Of a stretch of DNA of 64,000 nucleotides, positions 17,142 to 27,388 are shown in pieces. A program made the translations under genes and the position numbers. The stretch comes from an uncultured Verrucomicrobiae bacterium (lineage in GTDB: Bacteria; Verrucomicrobiota; Verrucomicrobiia; Chthoniobacterales; UBA10450): the NCBI GenBank assembly GCA_963834385.1, contig CAWIBO010000005.1, positions 64,001 through 128,000 of the forward strand, read 5' to 3'. The notes under the pieces are model-generated. The model was not told where the DNA came from and did not search any database. It saw only the letters and a program-made list of their open reading frames with translations. How positions within the stretch are numbered: position 1 is the stretch's first letter; each line of letters opens with the position of its first letter.

Positions 17142-17195
17142 ATCTAACGAGAAGTAGATTGAATTATTGCGTCTTGTAAGGCGCAATAATTCTGT
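17142..17195 (-). other. attI recombination site and adjacent palindrome
   Basis: GTTAGAT (minus, 17148-17142) with no attC partner arm, between the first cassette and intI; complements the first cassette's R''. Confidence 0.8.
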
Positions 17196-17243
17196 ATAAA
17201 ACGATTGCCTACCGGGACAAAAGTCGGATAAAAGCGTGGTGTC

Positions 17244-18266
17244 ATGACAACTCCCGTTCTACCTGACCCAGCGCCGCCTGCCAAGCCGAAAAAGCTTCTC
17301 GACCAGGTCCGCGATGTCCTCCGCCTGCATCATTACAGTCTGCGGACCGAGCGGAGTTACTGCGACTGGATTGAGCGGTTCATCCGGTTCCATGGAAAAC
17401 GGCACCCGGCGGAAATGGGGGAGGCCGAGATCACGGCTTTCCTGACGCATTTGGCCGCGGAGCGCAACGTCGCGGCCGCGACCCAAAACCAGGCCATGAG
17501 CGCCCTGCTGTTTCTCTACAAACAGGTGCTCAAAGCGGAGATCGGCTGGCTCGATGGCGTGGAGCGCGTCTCGCGGCCGCCCCGGCTCCCGGTGGTCTTG
17601 AGCAAGGAGGAGGTGGCGGCGCTTTTCCAGCATCTCACGGGCACGCCCCGGCTCATGGCCGGGTTGCTCTACGGAAGCGGGCTTCGCCTGATGGAATGCG
17701 TGCGATTGCGCGTTAAGGACATCGATTTTGCCTATGCCACGATCATGGTCCGCGACGGCAAAGGGAACAAGGACCGCGTCACGATGTTGCCGGTGAACCT
17801 GGCCCAGCCGCTGGAGCGGCACCTGGCCAAGGTCAAAGCGCAACATGCGGAGGACTTGGCGGAAGGTTTTGGCGAGGTGTATCTCCCGCATGCGTTGGCG
17901 GTCAAATATCCAACCGCCGCCCGCGAATGGTCGTGGCAGTACACGTTTCCGTCGTCGCGGCTTTCGCTCGATCCGCGGGCCGACGCGACCGGGGACGAGG
18001 GACCGGTGAAACGGCGGCGGCATCATCTGGCGGAAAGTTTATTGCAACAGGCGATCAAGAAAGCGGTGCGGGCGGCGGGGCTGACCAAGCCGGCGAGCTG
18101 TCACACCCTGCGGCATTCGTTTGCCACGCATCTGCTGGAGAACGGCTACGACATCCGGACGGTGCAGGAGTTGCTCGGGCACAAGGATGTGAGCACGACG
18201 ATGATTTACACGCACGTGCTCAACCGGCCGGGGATCGGGGTGAGGAGTCCGATGGATGGGCGATGA
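17244..18266 (+). CDS. intI: Integron integrase (tyrosine recombinase)
   Basis: [32 protein letters not shown] and TMIYTH motifs plus the IntI-specific insertion ([12 protein letters not shown]...W.WQYTFP). Confidence 0.98.
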   Translation: MTTPVLPDPAPPAKPKKLLDQVRDVLRLHHYSLRTERSYCDWIERFIRFHGKRHPAEMGEAEITAFLTHLAAERNVAAATQNQAMSALLFLYKQVLKAEIGWLDGVERVSRPPRLPVVLSKEEVAALFQHLTGTPRLMAGLLYGSGLRLMECVRLRVKDIDFAYATIMVRDGKGNKDRVTMLPVNLAQPLERHLAKVKAQHAEDLAEGFGEVYLPHALAVKYPTAAREWSWQYTFPSSRLSLDPRADATGDEGPVKRRRHHLAESLLQQAIKKAVRAAGLTKPASCHTLRHSFATHLLENGYDIRTVQELLGHKDVSTTMIYTHVLNRPGIGVRSPMDGR

Positions 18267-18268
18267 GG

Positions 18269-18865
18269 TTAAGAATTAAGAGTTAAGAGTTAAGAGTTAA
18301 GAATTAAGAGTTAAGTTTCTGAATGGTTATTGGTTATCAGGGTTCAGTTCCTGAACGGTTATTGGTTATTGGTTATTCGTTATTGGGGGTCAGATCACGG
18401 ATCACTGATCACTGCTTGTTCTTCTCCTGCGTTCCTGGTTTCCTAAGAGGATCAGGATCAAGATCAAGAGCATGAGCAGGAGGGGATTGAGGGGCGCGAT
18501 CCTCCCATCCTCATTCTTTCCTGTTTTCCTGGATTCCTTTAATTCGTTCTTTCCTATTTCAGCTTGTCAGCGTTTCAGTGTTTCAGCTTTTGCCTGGAGG
18601 GGAGCGATTACGATTACGAGCACGAGTAGGAGCACGAGGGGGGCGGTTATCGGTTATCGTTATCGGGTCGATCGATCACGGATCACTGATCACTCTTGTC
18701 TGCCATCTCATCCCCTTCCTGCTTTCCTGGGTTCCTAAGAGGAGCAAGATCAAGATCAAGAGCAAGAGCAGGAGCAGTGAGGGCGGAAGGAGAGGGGAAG
18801 GGGAGCTATTCTCCATTCTCTATCCTCCATTCTCGTCTCAACCTGGTTTCCTAATTCATCTCCTC
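18269..18865 (+). repeat. Mosaic short-tandem-repeat intergenic element A
   Basis: (TTAAGAR)n, (GGTTATT)n, (GATCACK)n, TTCCTG-type, (AGATCA/AGAGCA)n, (ATCCTCC)n, (TTTCAGC)n, (GATTAC/GAGCAC)n. Confidence 0.9.
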
Positions 18866-18927
18866 TCTTCTTCCTTCCTTGGTGGCTGGGGAAAGGCGTA
18901 TGGACTGGGCGGAGGAGAACGCTGCTT

Positions 18928-19374
18928 ATGGAAATCGCCAGGAAGATCCGAGGAACGGAGAATTTGCACATCCTGCTTTGGATCGTGAAAGACACCTGCT
19001 GGGTGCAGGATTACCGGGTGGCGGGGGTGATCATGATCGTGCCCACGATCGGGGTGGCGCTTTTCCTGATGATGATGTCGCGGCCGCAACGGGAGGAGTT
19101 CATCCATAACGTGGCGATCTGTTTCTGGCTGTGCGCCAACAGCGTCTGGATGATCGGCGAGTTTTTTTACAATGATGGGACCCGCCCCTGGGCGATGTTT
19201 TTCTTTGGGCTCGGGCTGGTGACGCTGGCGGTGCATTACCTGCCGAAATGGGCGCGGTATTGGGGGCGGAGCGGTAGATTGGTTATTGGTTATTGGTTAT
19301 TGGTTATTGGGGTTCAGGGTTCGGGGTTCGGGGTTCGGGGTTCGGGGTTCGGGGTTCGGTTCCTGAACGGTTAG
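18928..19374 (+). CDS. Hypothetical membrane protein (C-terminus runs into repeats)
   Basis: ENLHILLWIVKDTCW...WLCANSVWMIGEFF; 4 TM segments. Confidence 0.75.
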   Translation: MEIARKIRGTENLHILLWIVKDTCWVQDYRVAGVIMIVPTIGVALFLMMMSRPQREEFIHNVAICFWLCANSVWMIGEFFYNDGTRPWAMFFFGLGLVTLAVHYLPKWARYWGRSGRLVIGYWLLVIGVQGSGFGVRGSGFGVRFLNG

Positions 19375-19700
19375 TTGGTTATTCGGTTATTGGTTCGGAG
19401 TTCGGTAGGTCGGAGGTTCGGAGGTTCGGAGGTCGGAGGTCGGAAGTCGGAGGTCGGAAGTCGGAAGTCGGTCCACGTCACGATCACGGTTTGTTCTCCA
19501 TTTCAGTTTGTCAGCGGTAGCGTTTCAGTGTTTCGAGCTTTTCCCTGAGGGGAGGGGAGCGATTACGATTACGAGCACGAGTAGGAGCACGAGGGGGGCG
19601 GTTATCGGTTATCGGTTATCGGAGTTCTGATCACGGATCACTCTTGTCTGCCATCCTCATTCCCTTCCTGCTTTCCTGGTTTCCTAATTCAATTTCCCTC
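19279..19700 (+). repeat. Mosaic repeat element B
   Basis: GGTTATT, GGGTTCG, TCGGARG, TTTCAG, GATTAC/GAGCAC, GGTTATC, GATCAC and TTCCTG modules. Confidence 0.9.
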
Positions 19701-19750
19701 TTCTGATTTGTGAATTGTGCATTGGGGGTTCTGCTGAGAACATGCGCGCC

Positions 19751-20497
19751 ATGAAGCTGCAGGATCAGGTGGCGATTGTGACGGGAGCGGGCCGGGGAAT
19801 CGGGCATGCCATCGCGGTGCGCCTGGCGGAGGAAGGGGCGAAGATCGCCGCGGTCAGCCGGACGGAAGCGAACGCGCAAAAGACCGCGGCCGAGGTGAAC
19901 GCGGCGAGGGCGGATTCAGCGAAGGCTTACGCGGTGGACGTGGCCGATCACGCGGCGGTGCAAAAGGCCGGGGAACAGATTTTCGCCGACTTCGGCAAGG
20001 TGGATATTCTGATCAACAACGCCGGGATCACGCGGGACGGCCTGAGCATGCGGATGCCGGTGGAAGACTGGGACGCGGTCCTGGCGACGAACCTGAAAGG
20101 GGCGTTTAATTTCGTGCAGGCGATCCAGCGGCCGATGTTGAAGCAGCGGAGCGGGCGGATCGTGAACATCAGCTCGGTGATCGGGCTGATGGGGAACGCG
20201 GGCCAGACGAATTACGCGGCGAGCAAAGCCGGGCTGATCGGGTTTTCGAAGTCGCTCGCGCGCGAGGTGGCGAGCAGGGGGATCACGGTGAACGTGATCG
20301 CGCCCGGGTTTATTGTGACCGACATGACGGATGCGCTGCCGGAAGCGGTGCAGAAAGCGATTTTGGAGAAGGTGCCGCTGGGGCGGTTCGGGCAGGTGGC
20401 CGATATCGCGGAGGCGGTGGTGTTTCTGTGTTCACCGGCGGCGGGTTATATTACGGGGCAGACGCTGGCGGTGGATGGCGGGATGGTGATGAGGTGA
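19751..20497 (+). CDS. fabG: 3-oxoacyl-ACP reductase
   Basis: TGAGRGIG, NNAGITRD, GNAGQTNYAASKAG, APGFI.TDMT, VDGGM. Confidence 0.95.
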   Translation: MKLQDQVAIVTGAGRGIGHAIAVRLAEEGAKIAAVSRTEANAQKTAAEVNAARADSAKAYAVDVADHAAVQKAGEQIFADFGKVDILINNAGITRDGLSMRMPVEDWDAVLATNLKGAFNFVQAIQRPMLKQRSGRIVNISSVIGLMGNAGQTNYAASKAGLIGFSKSLAREVASRGITVNVIAPGFIVTDMTDALPEAVQKAILEKVPLGRFGQVADIAEAVVFLCSPAAGYITGQTLAVDGGMVMR

Positions 20498-20500
20498 GCA

Positions 20501-20735
20501 GTTAAGAATTAAGAATTAAGAGTTAAGTTTCTGAACGGTTATTGGTTATTCGTTATCGGTTATTGGGTTCAGATCACGGATCACGGATCACTCCTGTCCG
20601 CCATCCTCACTTTTGGACGCGCGGAAGCGCGTCCCTCCGGGCTTCTGATTTCAGCTTGTCAGCTTTTCAACGTTTCAGCTTTTGCTCGGGAGGCGGGGGA
20701 CGATTACGAGCACGAGCACGAGCACGAGCACGAGG
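20501..20735 (+). repeat. Mosaic repeat element C with embedded REP hairpin (20615-20638)
   Basis: TTAAGAA, GGTTATT, GATCACG, TTTCAGC and GAGCAC modules; GGACGCGC-GGAA-GCGCGTCC. Confidence 0.9.
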
Positions 20736-20754
20736 GGGAGCGCGAAGCGCGCGC

Positions 20755-21327
20755 TTAGAGGGGGATTTTTAGTTTTAGGGCGAGGTTCTCGGCTACGAGG
20801 GCTTCGAGCTCGGCGACGCGGGCGGTGAGGTTGTCCTGCAGGTCGAGGATGCGGGCACCGACTTTCAGGCGGGCTTGCAGTTCGTCCTTGTCGAAGGGCT
20901 TGACGAGGTAATCGTCGGCGCCGGCTTCGAACCCCTCGACGACGCGGCTTTTATCGGAGCGCGCGGTGACGAGCAAAATATAAACCGACCGGTTCACTTC
21001 GCGCACGCGCCGGCAGATTTCGGGTCCGTCGAGGCCCGGCATCATCCAGTCGAGCACGGCGAGGACGGGGCCGCTCTGGGCGCGCAACGCTTCCATGGCT
21101 TCGCGGCCGTCGTTGGTCAGAATGACGTCGTAACCCCAGCGGGTGAGGAGCCCGTTCATGATTTCGCGGGAAACGGGATCGTCGTCGGCGACAATGACGC
21201 GGCGCTGGGTGTCGCCGGTGGAATGGGCGGGTAACGAGGCGGGATCGGCGGCCTCAGACGGCGACGGGACGGCGGGCGTCGTTTCCCAGTTCGGCGAGAA
21301 CTCGATCAATCTGATATCTGAACTCAT
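20755..21327 (-). CDS. Response regulator (receiver domain)
   Basis: VADDD, LDWMMPGLDG, GADDYLVKPF. Confidence 0.9.
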   Translation of the reverse strand: MSSDIRLIEFSPNWETTPAVPSPSEAADPASLPAHSTGDTQRRVIVADDDPVSREIMNGLLTRWGYDVILTNDGREAMEALRAQSGPVLAVLDWMMPGLDGPEICRRVREVNRSVYILLVTARSDKSRVVEGFEAGADDYLVKPFDKDELQARLKVGARILDLQDNLTARVAELEALVAENLALKLKIPL

Positions 21328-23627
21328 GGAGGGTGGCAGGCGTTAATAGCTGGTTTTGCGCCATGCCTTCGATTTCCCGGGCGAGATCGGCCGCGGCGGT
21401 GGCGCCGACGTTGGCGAGAGAGCCGCGGAGGGAGTGAGCGGTCGCGGCTACGGCGGGGAAATCGCCGGCGCTAAGCTGGGTCTCGAGCGTGGCCAGGTGG
21501 GGCGGCGTGTTTTCGAGGAAAAGGCCGAGCACGCGCTGGAAGAGGTCTTCGTCGCCTTCTAGTCGCTGGCGGAGTTCGTCGGCGATCCCGGAAACAGAAT
21601 TGGGAGCTGTGGGAGGAGCGGGGAGCGGTTCCGGGATGGCCCCGGGCGACGACGCGCCGACCATGGTGCCGCGCATCACCCGGTCGAGCGCCTGTTTCAA
21701 TCGGCCGGTGGAGATCGGTTTGGGCACGAAATCGTCCATGCCGGCGGCGAGACAGCGTTCGCGGTCGTCGGCCCCGGCGTGAGCGGTCATGGCGATGATG
21801 GGGATGTGCCGGGCGCGGGTGCGTTCCCATTCGCGGATGCGGCCGGTGGCGGTGAGACCGTCCATGGCGGGCATTTGCACATCCATGAGGATGACGTCGA
21901 ACCGTTCGGTGGTGGCGAAGTGGACGGCCTCGAGTCCGTTCTGGGCGAAGGTGATGGTGTGGCCGGCCTGCTGGAGGATGCCGGCGGCGACGGCCTGGTT
22001 GACGAGATTGTCCTCGGCGACGAGGACGCGCAAAGCGACGGCGTGCGCCGGGGCGGTTGGGAGGGCGGCCAGGGTTTCGGCCAGGGCGGGAAGGCTCGGC
22101 CGCCGGGGCGGCGATGGTGAAATGGAAGGTGCAGCCCTGGCCGGGAACGCTCTCGAGCCAGATCCGCCCGCCCATGAGGTCGGTGAGGGAAGAGCAGATG
22201 GCGAGGCCGAGGCCGGTGCCGCCGAACTGCCGGGTGACGGAGCTGTCGGCCTGGGCGAACGACTCGAAGATGAGAGCTTGTTTTTCCGGGGGGACGCCGC
22301 TGCCGGTGTCACTGATGGCGAAATGGAGGCCGGCGCGCTGGTCGGGGAGTTGGGCGGGCTCGATGGTGAGGGTGACGCCGCCGGAGGCGGTGAACTTAAT
22401 GGCGTTATCGACCAGGTTGATGAGGACCTGGCGCAGCCGGAGTGAATCGCCCGCGATCGCGCGGGGCACTGCGGGGTCGATGGCTTCGCGCAGGAAAAGG
22501 CCTTTGGTGGTGGCCCGGGTGCGCAGGGGGCGGAGTGTTTTCTCGACGTGATCAAAGAGGTCGAAGGGCCGGCTCTCGAGGCTGAGCTTGCCCGCCTCGA
22601 TCTTGGCGAAATCGAGCAGGTCGTTGATCAGGACGAGGAGCGAGTCGGCGGAATGTTTGACCATGTCGAGGTAATCGCGCTGGCTGCTGTTGAGCTCGGT
22701 CTCGAGGGCGAGCTCGGTCAGGCCGATGATGCCGTTGAGCGGGGTGCGAATTTCGTGGCTGATGTTGGCGAGGAAATCGCTTTTGGCCTCGTTGGATTTC
22801 TCGGCGGCGGCCCGGGCCCGGATCAATTCCTCGCGGCGCCGGGCGAGGAGGACGCTGGCATGATGGCAGGCGCGGCCGAGCCGGCCCACTTCGTCGCGTC
22901 CGACCGGGACGTGGGAGAGCGGTTCCTCGCGTTGCAGCGCCTCGGTGTCGTCGACGATGCGGTCGAGGCGGCGGGCGATGCCGCGAGTGAAGAAGAGGAC
23001 GGAGAGAAGGCCGGCGCAAAGGCCGAAGACGCCGGTGCTGACGACGGCGTAGGAGGTGAATTCCTCGACGGCGGCGGCGCGTTCCTGGCGTTGCCGCAGG
23101 AGGCCGTCCTCGACGGCGAGGAGCTGCTGGAAAGCGGCGCGGAGGTTCAACATCGTCTGGCGCCCGCGTTGCAGGGTTTGGAGGAGGGAGGCGTCGCGAC
23201 CGGCCTGATTGAACTTGAGAATGGCCTCGTCCTCCAGGCGGAGGCGTTCGCGCACGAGCGGACGGATGGTTTCCAGAAGGTGCTGCCCCTGAGAAGGGTT
23301 CTCGATGGTCAAGACCTGCAAACGGTCGAGCGCGGCCGGGAGTTCGCGAACGGCGGCGTCGTGCTCGGAGAGGAAGGCGGGCTGGCCGGTGAGAACGAAG
23401 CCGCGCATGCCCGTCTCGCTATCGACCGCGAGGGTGAGGACGCGCTGGGCCTGTTCCTTGACCTCGAAGCTATGCGCGACCCATTTCTCGGCGTCGTCGT
23501 TCTTGGTGATGGCGACGAAGAAGAGGAAAGCGGCGAGGACGGAGGCGAGGACGGGGACGGCCAGGACCAAAAGGCCCTTGGTGCGCAACGAATAATCGCG
23601 CCAGCGAAGGTGGAGAAGCTGTTTCAA
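21254..23627 (-). CDS. Hybrid sensor kinase CHASE3-HisKA-HATPase-REC-Hpt (frameshift near 22100)
   Basis: ETGMRGF (CHASE3), [20 protein letters not shown] and AHSLRGS (Hpt) in a second frame. Confidence 0.88.
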
Positions 23628-23710
23628 GGGGAGAGGGTGGAACGCCTCTAGAGCAGCTTGCGTGCGCGGGGAGGGTGGGGGTGGGGAGGGGGAAGGAGCG
23701 TGGATGGGCG

Positions 23711-24215
23711 TTAAGAATTAAGAATTAAGAATTAAGGATTCAGGGTTCAGGGTTAAGGGTTAGGGTTCAGGGTTCGGTTATTGACGGTTATTGGGTTCAG
23801 GGTTCAGGGGTCCTGAAGGTCGGATTGGAGTCGGGGTCGGGGGTCGGAGGTCACGGATCATCGGATCACTGATCACGGCTTGTTCTTCTCCTGCTTTCCT
23901 GGGTTCCTAATTCAATTTTCTTCTTCCTGATTTCAGTTTGTCAGCGTTTCAGCTTTTTCGGACCAAGCGGGGAGCGATTACGATTACGAGCACGAGTATG
24001 AGCACGAGGGGGGCGGTTATCGGTTATCTCGGGTCAGATCACGGATCGCCGATCACTGCCATCCTCTTTCCTTCCTGTTTTCCTAAGAGGATCAAGATCA
24101 AGATTAAGAGCATGAGCAGGAGGGGGAGGGGGAGGGAGCGATCCTCCATTCTCTACCATCCATCCTCTTTTCCTGCCTGCCTTCCTGGTTTCCTAATTCA
24201 ATCCTTTTCCTGATT
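23711..24215 (+). repeat. Mosaic repeat element D
   Basis: Same module set and order as elements A and B. Confidence 0.9.
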
Positions 24216-24269
24216 TCGTTTTTTCGGGAGGGTTGCGTTCCGGGTGGGGACGCCGAAAGTTTCGGCCGC

Positions 24270-24728
24270 ATGCTGCGGCTTTTTAGATATTCCCTGGTTA
24301 TCCTGGTGCTGGCGGCGCTTGGCTTTGTCGGGGAACCGGCGCAGGCCGATCCGGTGGGCAATTTTTTCAAGCGGCTGGGCGACAGCATCGTGAACGGACC
24401 GAAACGGCAGGCGGCCCGCCGCGCGACCCGGCAGCGCCAGGCCCGGCAGACGGCACGGAAGGATGACGCCGGGACCGAGACGGCCGTGGCGTCGCCGTCA
24501 CCCGGGCCGCAGGCTTTGATGACCCCGGAGCCGATCCGGCGGGCTTTGCCGGCGCCCGAGATGCGCGGGACAAATGCCGATCTGCGCTACGGCGTGCCCG
24601 TCCCGGACCAGCCGGGCTTTGTCCGGAGCCCATGGGCGCCGACGGAAGGGCTGGTCGATGTGCGCGGTTTTCCCAGCGGCACCGAGGTCAAAGACCCTTA
24701 CACCGGGAAGTTTTTCCTCACCCCTTAG
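24270..24728 (+). CDS. Secreted hypothetical protein
   Basis: Signal peptide; C-terminal GVPVPDQPGFVRSP...VDVRGFPSGTEVKDPYTGK motif. Confidence 0.8.
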   Translation: MLRLFRYSLVILVLAALGFVGEPAQADPVGNFFKRLGDSIVNGPKRQAARRATRQRQARQTARKDDAGTETAVASPSPGPQALMTPEPIRRALPAPEMRGTNADLRYGVPVPDQPGFVRSPWAPTEGLVDVRGFPSGTEVKDPYTGKFFLTP

Positions 24729-24793
24729 CGGGCGCCCCGTCCACAAAGCGCGGGGTTTTTCTTGCCAATATCCGGGAAAAAAGCCACCCTCGC

Positions 24794-26324
24794 GTGGTGC
24801 GCTTTTCCCCCTTAAAGCGAGTCGTTCCCGCCGTTGCCATTTTCCTGGCCGCGGGAATGGTCGCCGCCGCCCCGGGGCCGAAGGTCGGTTTTGACCGCGC
24901 TTTCGGCCAGAAGTTCAAGGCCCAGAAATCCGCCAAGGCGAAGAGTCATTTTGAGCGGGACCCGGTGCGCCGGTGGAACGCGATCGCGCTCGATGCCACC
25001 GCGCTCGATCATACGCCGCCGGAACCGGGCGACACGCACACCTTTGGCGAGCAGCTCGGGCCGGGCCGGGCCAGCCGGGCGATGGCCATCGTCCATATCG
25101 CGATGTGCGATGCGCTGACGGCGTTGACCCGTCGCTACGAGAGTTTTACCGGGGTGCAGGCCGGGAAAGGCGCGCATTCCTACGAGGCGGCGATTGCGCA
25201 GGCGGCGCGGGACACGCTGGTGGCGCTTTATCCGTCGCAGCAGGCCACTTTTGACCAGGCGCTGGCGGCTGAGCTGGCGGGCGTCTCGAGCAAAAAGGCG
25301 CGCGCCAACGGCGCCGATCTTGGTCGCCGGGTGGCGGCGACGCTCCTCGCCACGCGCGAGGCGGACGGCTCCGAGGTGGCAGAGGTCAGCATCGGCATTG
25401 ATTATTTCACCGACGATGCGGCGGGTCGCTGGCGGCAGGACCCGGTGAGCCTGATCCCGGTGGCGCTGGGCGCCGGGTGGGGCAAATGCCTCCCGTTTGT
25501 GCTGGAGAAAGCGGATCATTTCCGGGTGCCGCCCCCGCCGGCGATGGAGAGCGCGGAGTACGCGGCGGCTTATGAGGAGGCGAAATCGCTCGGGGGCGAC
25601 GGGATCATCACGCCGACCGTGCGCACGCCCGAGCAGACGTTTATCGGGATTTTCTGGGCTTACGATGGAACGCCGAGCCTGTGTGCGCCGCCCCGGCTTT
25701 ACAACCTGGTGGCGTTGCAGATCGCGCAGCAGACCCGGCTTGATACCCACAGCCTGGCTCGGTTGCTGGCGCTGGTGAACGTGGCCATGGCCGATGCCGG
25801 CATGGCGGCGTGGGATTCAAAATATCATTGGGATTTCTGGCGCCCGGTGATTGGCATCCGCGAAGCGGAAGTTGGGCACCGGCCCGAGCGGGACCGGCGA
25901 TGGGAACGCGGCCACGGTGGGCGACCCGACCTTCATGCCGCTGGGCGCGCCCGCGAGCAATTTGCACGGCCCGAATTTCACCCCGCCCTTCCCGGCGTAC
26001 CCGTCGGGGCACGCCGCTTTTGGCGGGGCGTTGTTCCAGACGCTGCGGCGGTTTTACGGGACCGACAATATCGGGTTCACCTTTGTTTCCGATGAGTTCA
26101 ACGGCGAGACGGCGGGGAACGACGGGGTGCTCCGGCCCTATGCGCCGCGGAGTTTCTCCACCCTTTCCCAGGCGGAAGAAGAGAACGGGCAGAGTCGGAT
26201 TTATCTCGGGATCCACTGGTCGTTCGACAAGACCGCGGGGATCGAGCAGGGGCGACAGGTCGCGAACTACGTTTACGATCGCGCTTTTCGGCCGTTACGC
26301 GGGCGGGAGAAGAAGAAGCGGTAG
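24794..26324 (+). CDS. Secreted vanadium-dependent haloperoxidase / PAP2 family (frameshift near 25870)
   Basis: KYHWDFWRP, PAYPSGH and SRIYLGIHW motifs split over two frames. Confidence 0.85.
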
Positions 26325-26675
26325 AGCTGGAGCTTGGAGCTTGGAGCTGGGAGTTGGGGAAAGCTGGGGAAAAGCTGACACGCTGAAAGGGATTCGGGGT
26401 TCGGGGTTCAGGGTTCAGATCACTGATCACGGCTTGTTCTCCTTCCTGCCTGCCTGGCTTCCTGAGAGGAGCAGGATCAAGAGGAGAGCGGGATCGGTAT
26501 CGGTGAGCGTGTGGACGTTAGATCCTCCATCCTCATTCCCTTCCTGTTTTCCTGGTTTCCTAATTCGTTCTTCTTCCTGTTTCAGCTTGTCAGCTTTTCA
26601 GTGTTTCAGCTTTTTCGGCTGGATGGGGAGCGATTACGAGCACGAGCACGATTATGATTACGAGTAGGAGTAAGA
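26325..26675 (+). repeat. Mosaic repeat element E
   Basis: TGGAGCT, inverted TTTCAGC, GGGTTCA, GATCAC, TTCCTG, ATCCTC, TTTCAGC, GATTAC/GAGCAC. Confidence 0.9.
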
Positions 26676-26684
26676 GGGGAAGCG

Positions 26685-26963
26685 TTAAGAGACGGTGACG
26701 CCTTTCCAGAAGGCGACGCGGTCTTTGATCTCGGCGGCGGCTTCTTTTGGTGAAGGATAGTACCAGGCTGCATTCTCGTTTGTCTGGCCGGCCACGGTGA
26801 TGTTGTAGTAATGCGCTTCTCCTTTCCACGGGCAGGAAGTGCGGTGGGAGCTGGCCGAGAAATGCTCTTTCTTCAGGGAGTCGGCGGGGAAGTAGTGGTT
26901 GCCCTCGACGACGACGGTGTCGTCGCTCTCGGCGAGGGTGGTGTTTTGCCAGGATGCGTTCAT
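26685..26963 (-). CDS. DUF427-domain protein
   Basis: VEGNHYFP...CPWKGEA.YY...NAAWYYP. Confidence 0.92.
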   Translation of the reverse strand: MNASWQNTTLAESDDTVVVEGNHYFPADSLKKEHFSASSHRTSCPWKGEAHYYNITVAGQTNENAAWYYPSPKEAAAEIKDRVAFWKGVTVS

Positions 26964-26968
26964 GGGGT

Positions 26969-27388
26969 GGTTATTGGGGTTGGGGAAAGCTGAAGCTGAA
27001 ATTGGAATGGATTCAGGGTTCGGGTTCAGGGTTCAGGGTTCAGGTTCAGTCACGGATCACGGATCACGATTACGGCTTGGCCTTCTCCGCTTTTGGGTTC
27101 CTGAGAGGAGCAAGAGCAAGATCAGGAGCAAGAGCAGGAGGGGAAAGGGAGGCGTGAATCGTGAATCGTGAATGGTGGGGAGAGAGCGATTCTATCCTCT
27201 ACCTTCAATTTTCGTCTTTCCTGTCTCCTGGTTTCCTAATTCATCCCTTCTTCCTGATTTCAGTTTGTCAGCGTTTTAGCTTTTCCTTGGAGGGGGACGA
27301 GCACGATTAGTATGATTACGAGCACGAGTATGAGCACGAGTAGGAGAAGAGGGAGGCGATCCTCTACTCTCCATCCTCCATCCTCATT
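26969..27388 (+). repeat. Mosaic repeat element F
   Basis: GGGTTCA, GATCACG, AGAGCA, CGTGAAT, TTCCTG, TTTCAG, GAGCAC, ATCCTCC. Confidence 0.9.

Larger units (their letters stand above)
1..18266. mobile_element. Sedentary chromosomal integron: intI, attI and an array of at least 29 cassettes (array continues beyond the left edge)
   Basis: Integron integrase divergent from a run of small minus-strand ORFs, each followed by an imperfect palindrome bounded by RYYYAAC and GTTRRRY boxes; 28 such attC sites counted. Confidence 0.97.

Noticed and set aside
17192..17207. LexA box upstream of intI (CTGTATAAAACGATTG)
   Set aside because: Only the CTGT half-site is present with no ACAG, and no TGTTC-N4-GAACA type motif is seen
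18472..18995. ORFs within the mosaic repeats (e.g. ITITSTSRST, KIKIKSKSRS, DYEHEH)
   Set aside because: Low-complexity translations of tandem repeats, open in several frames and without RBS
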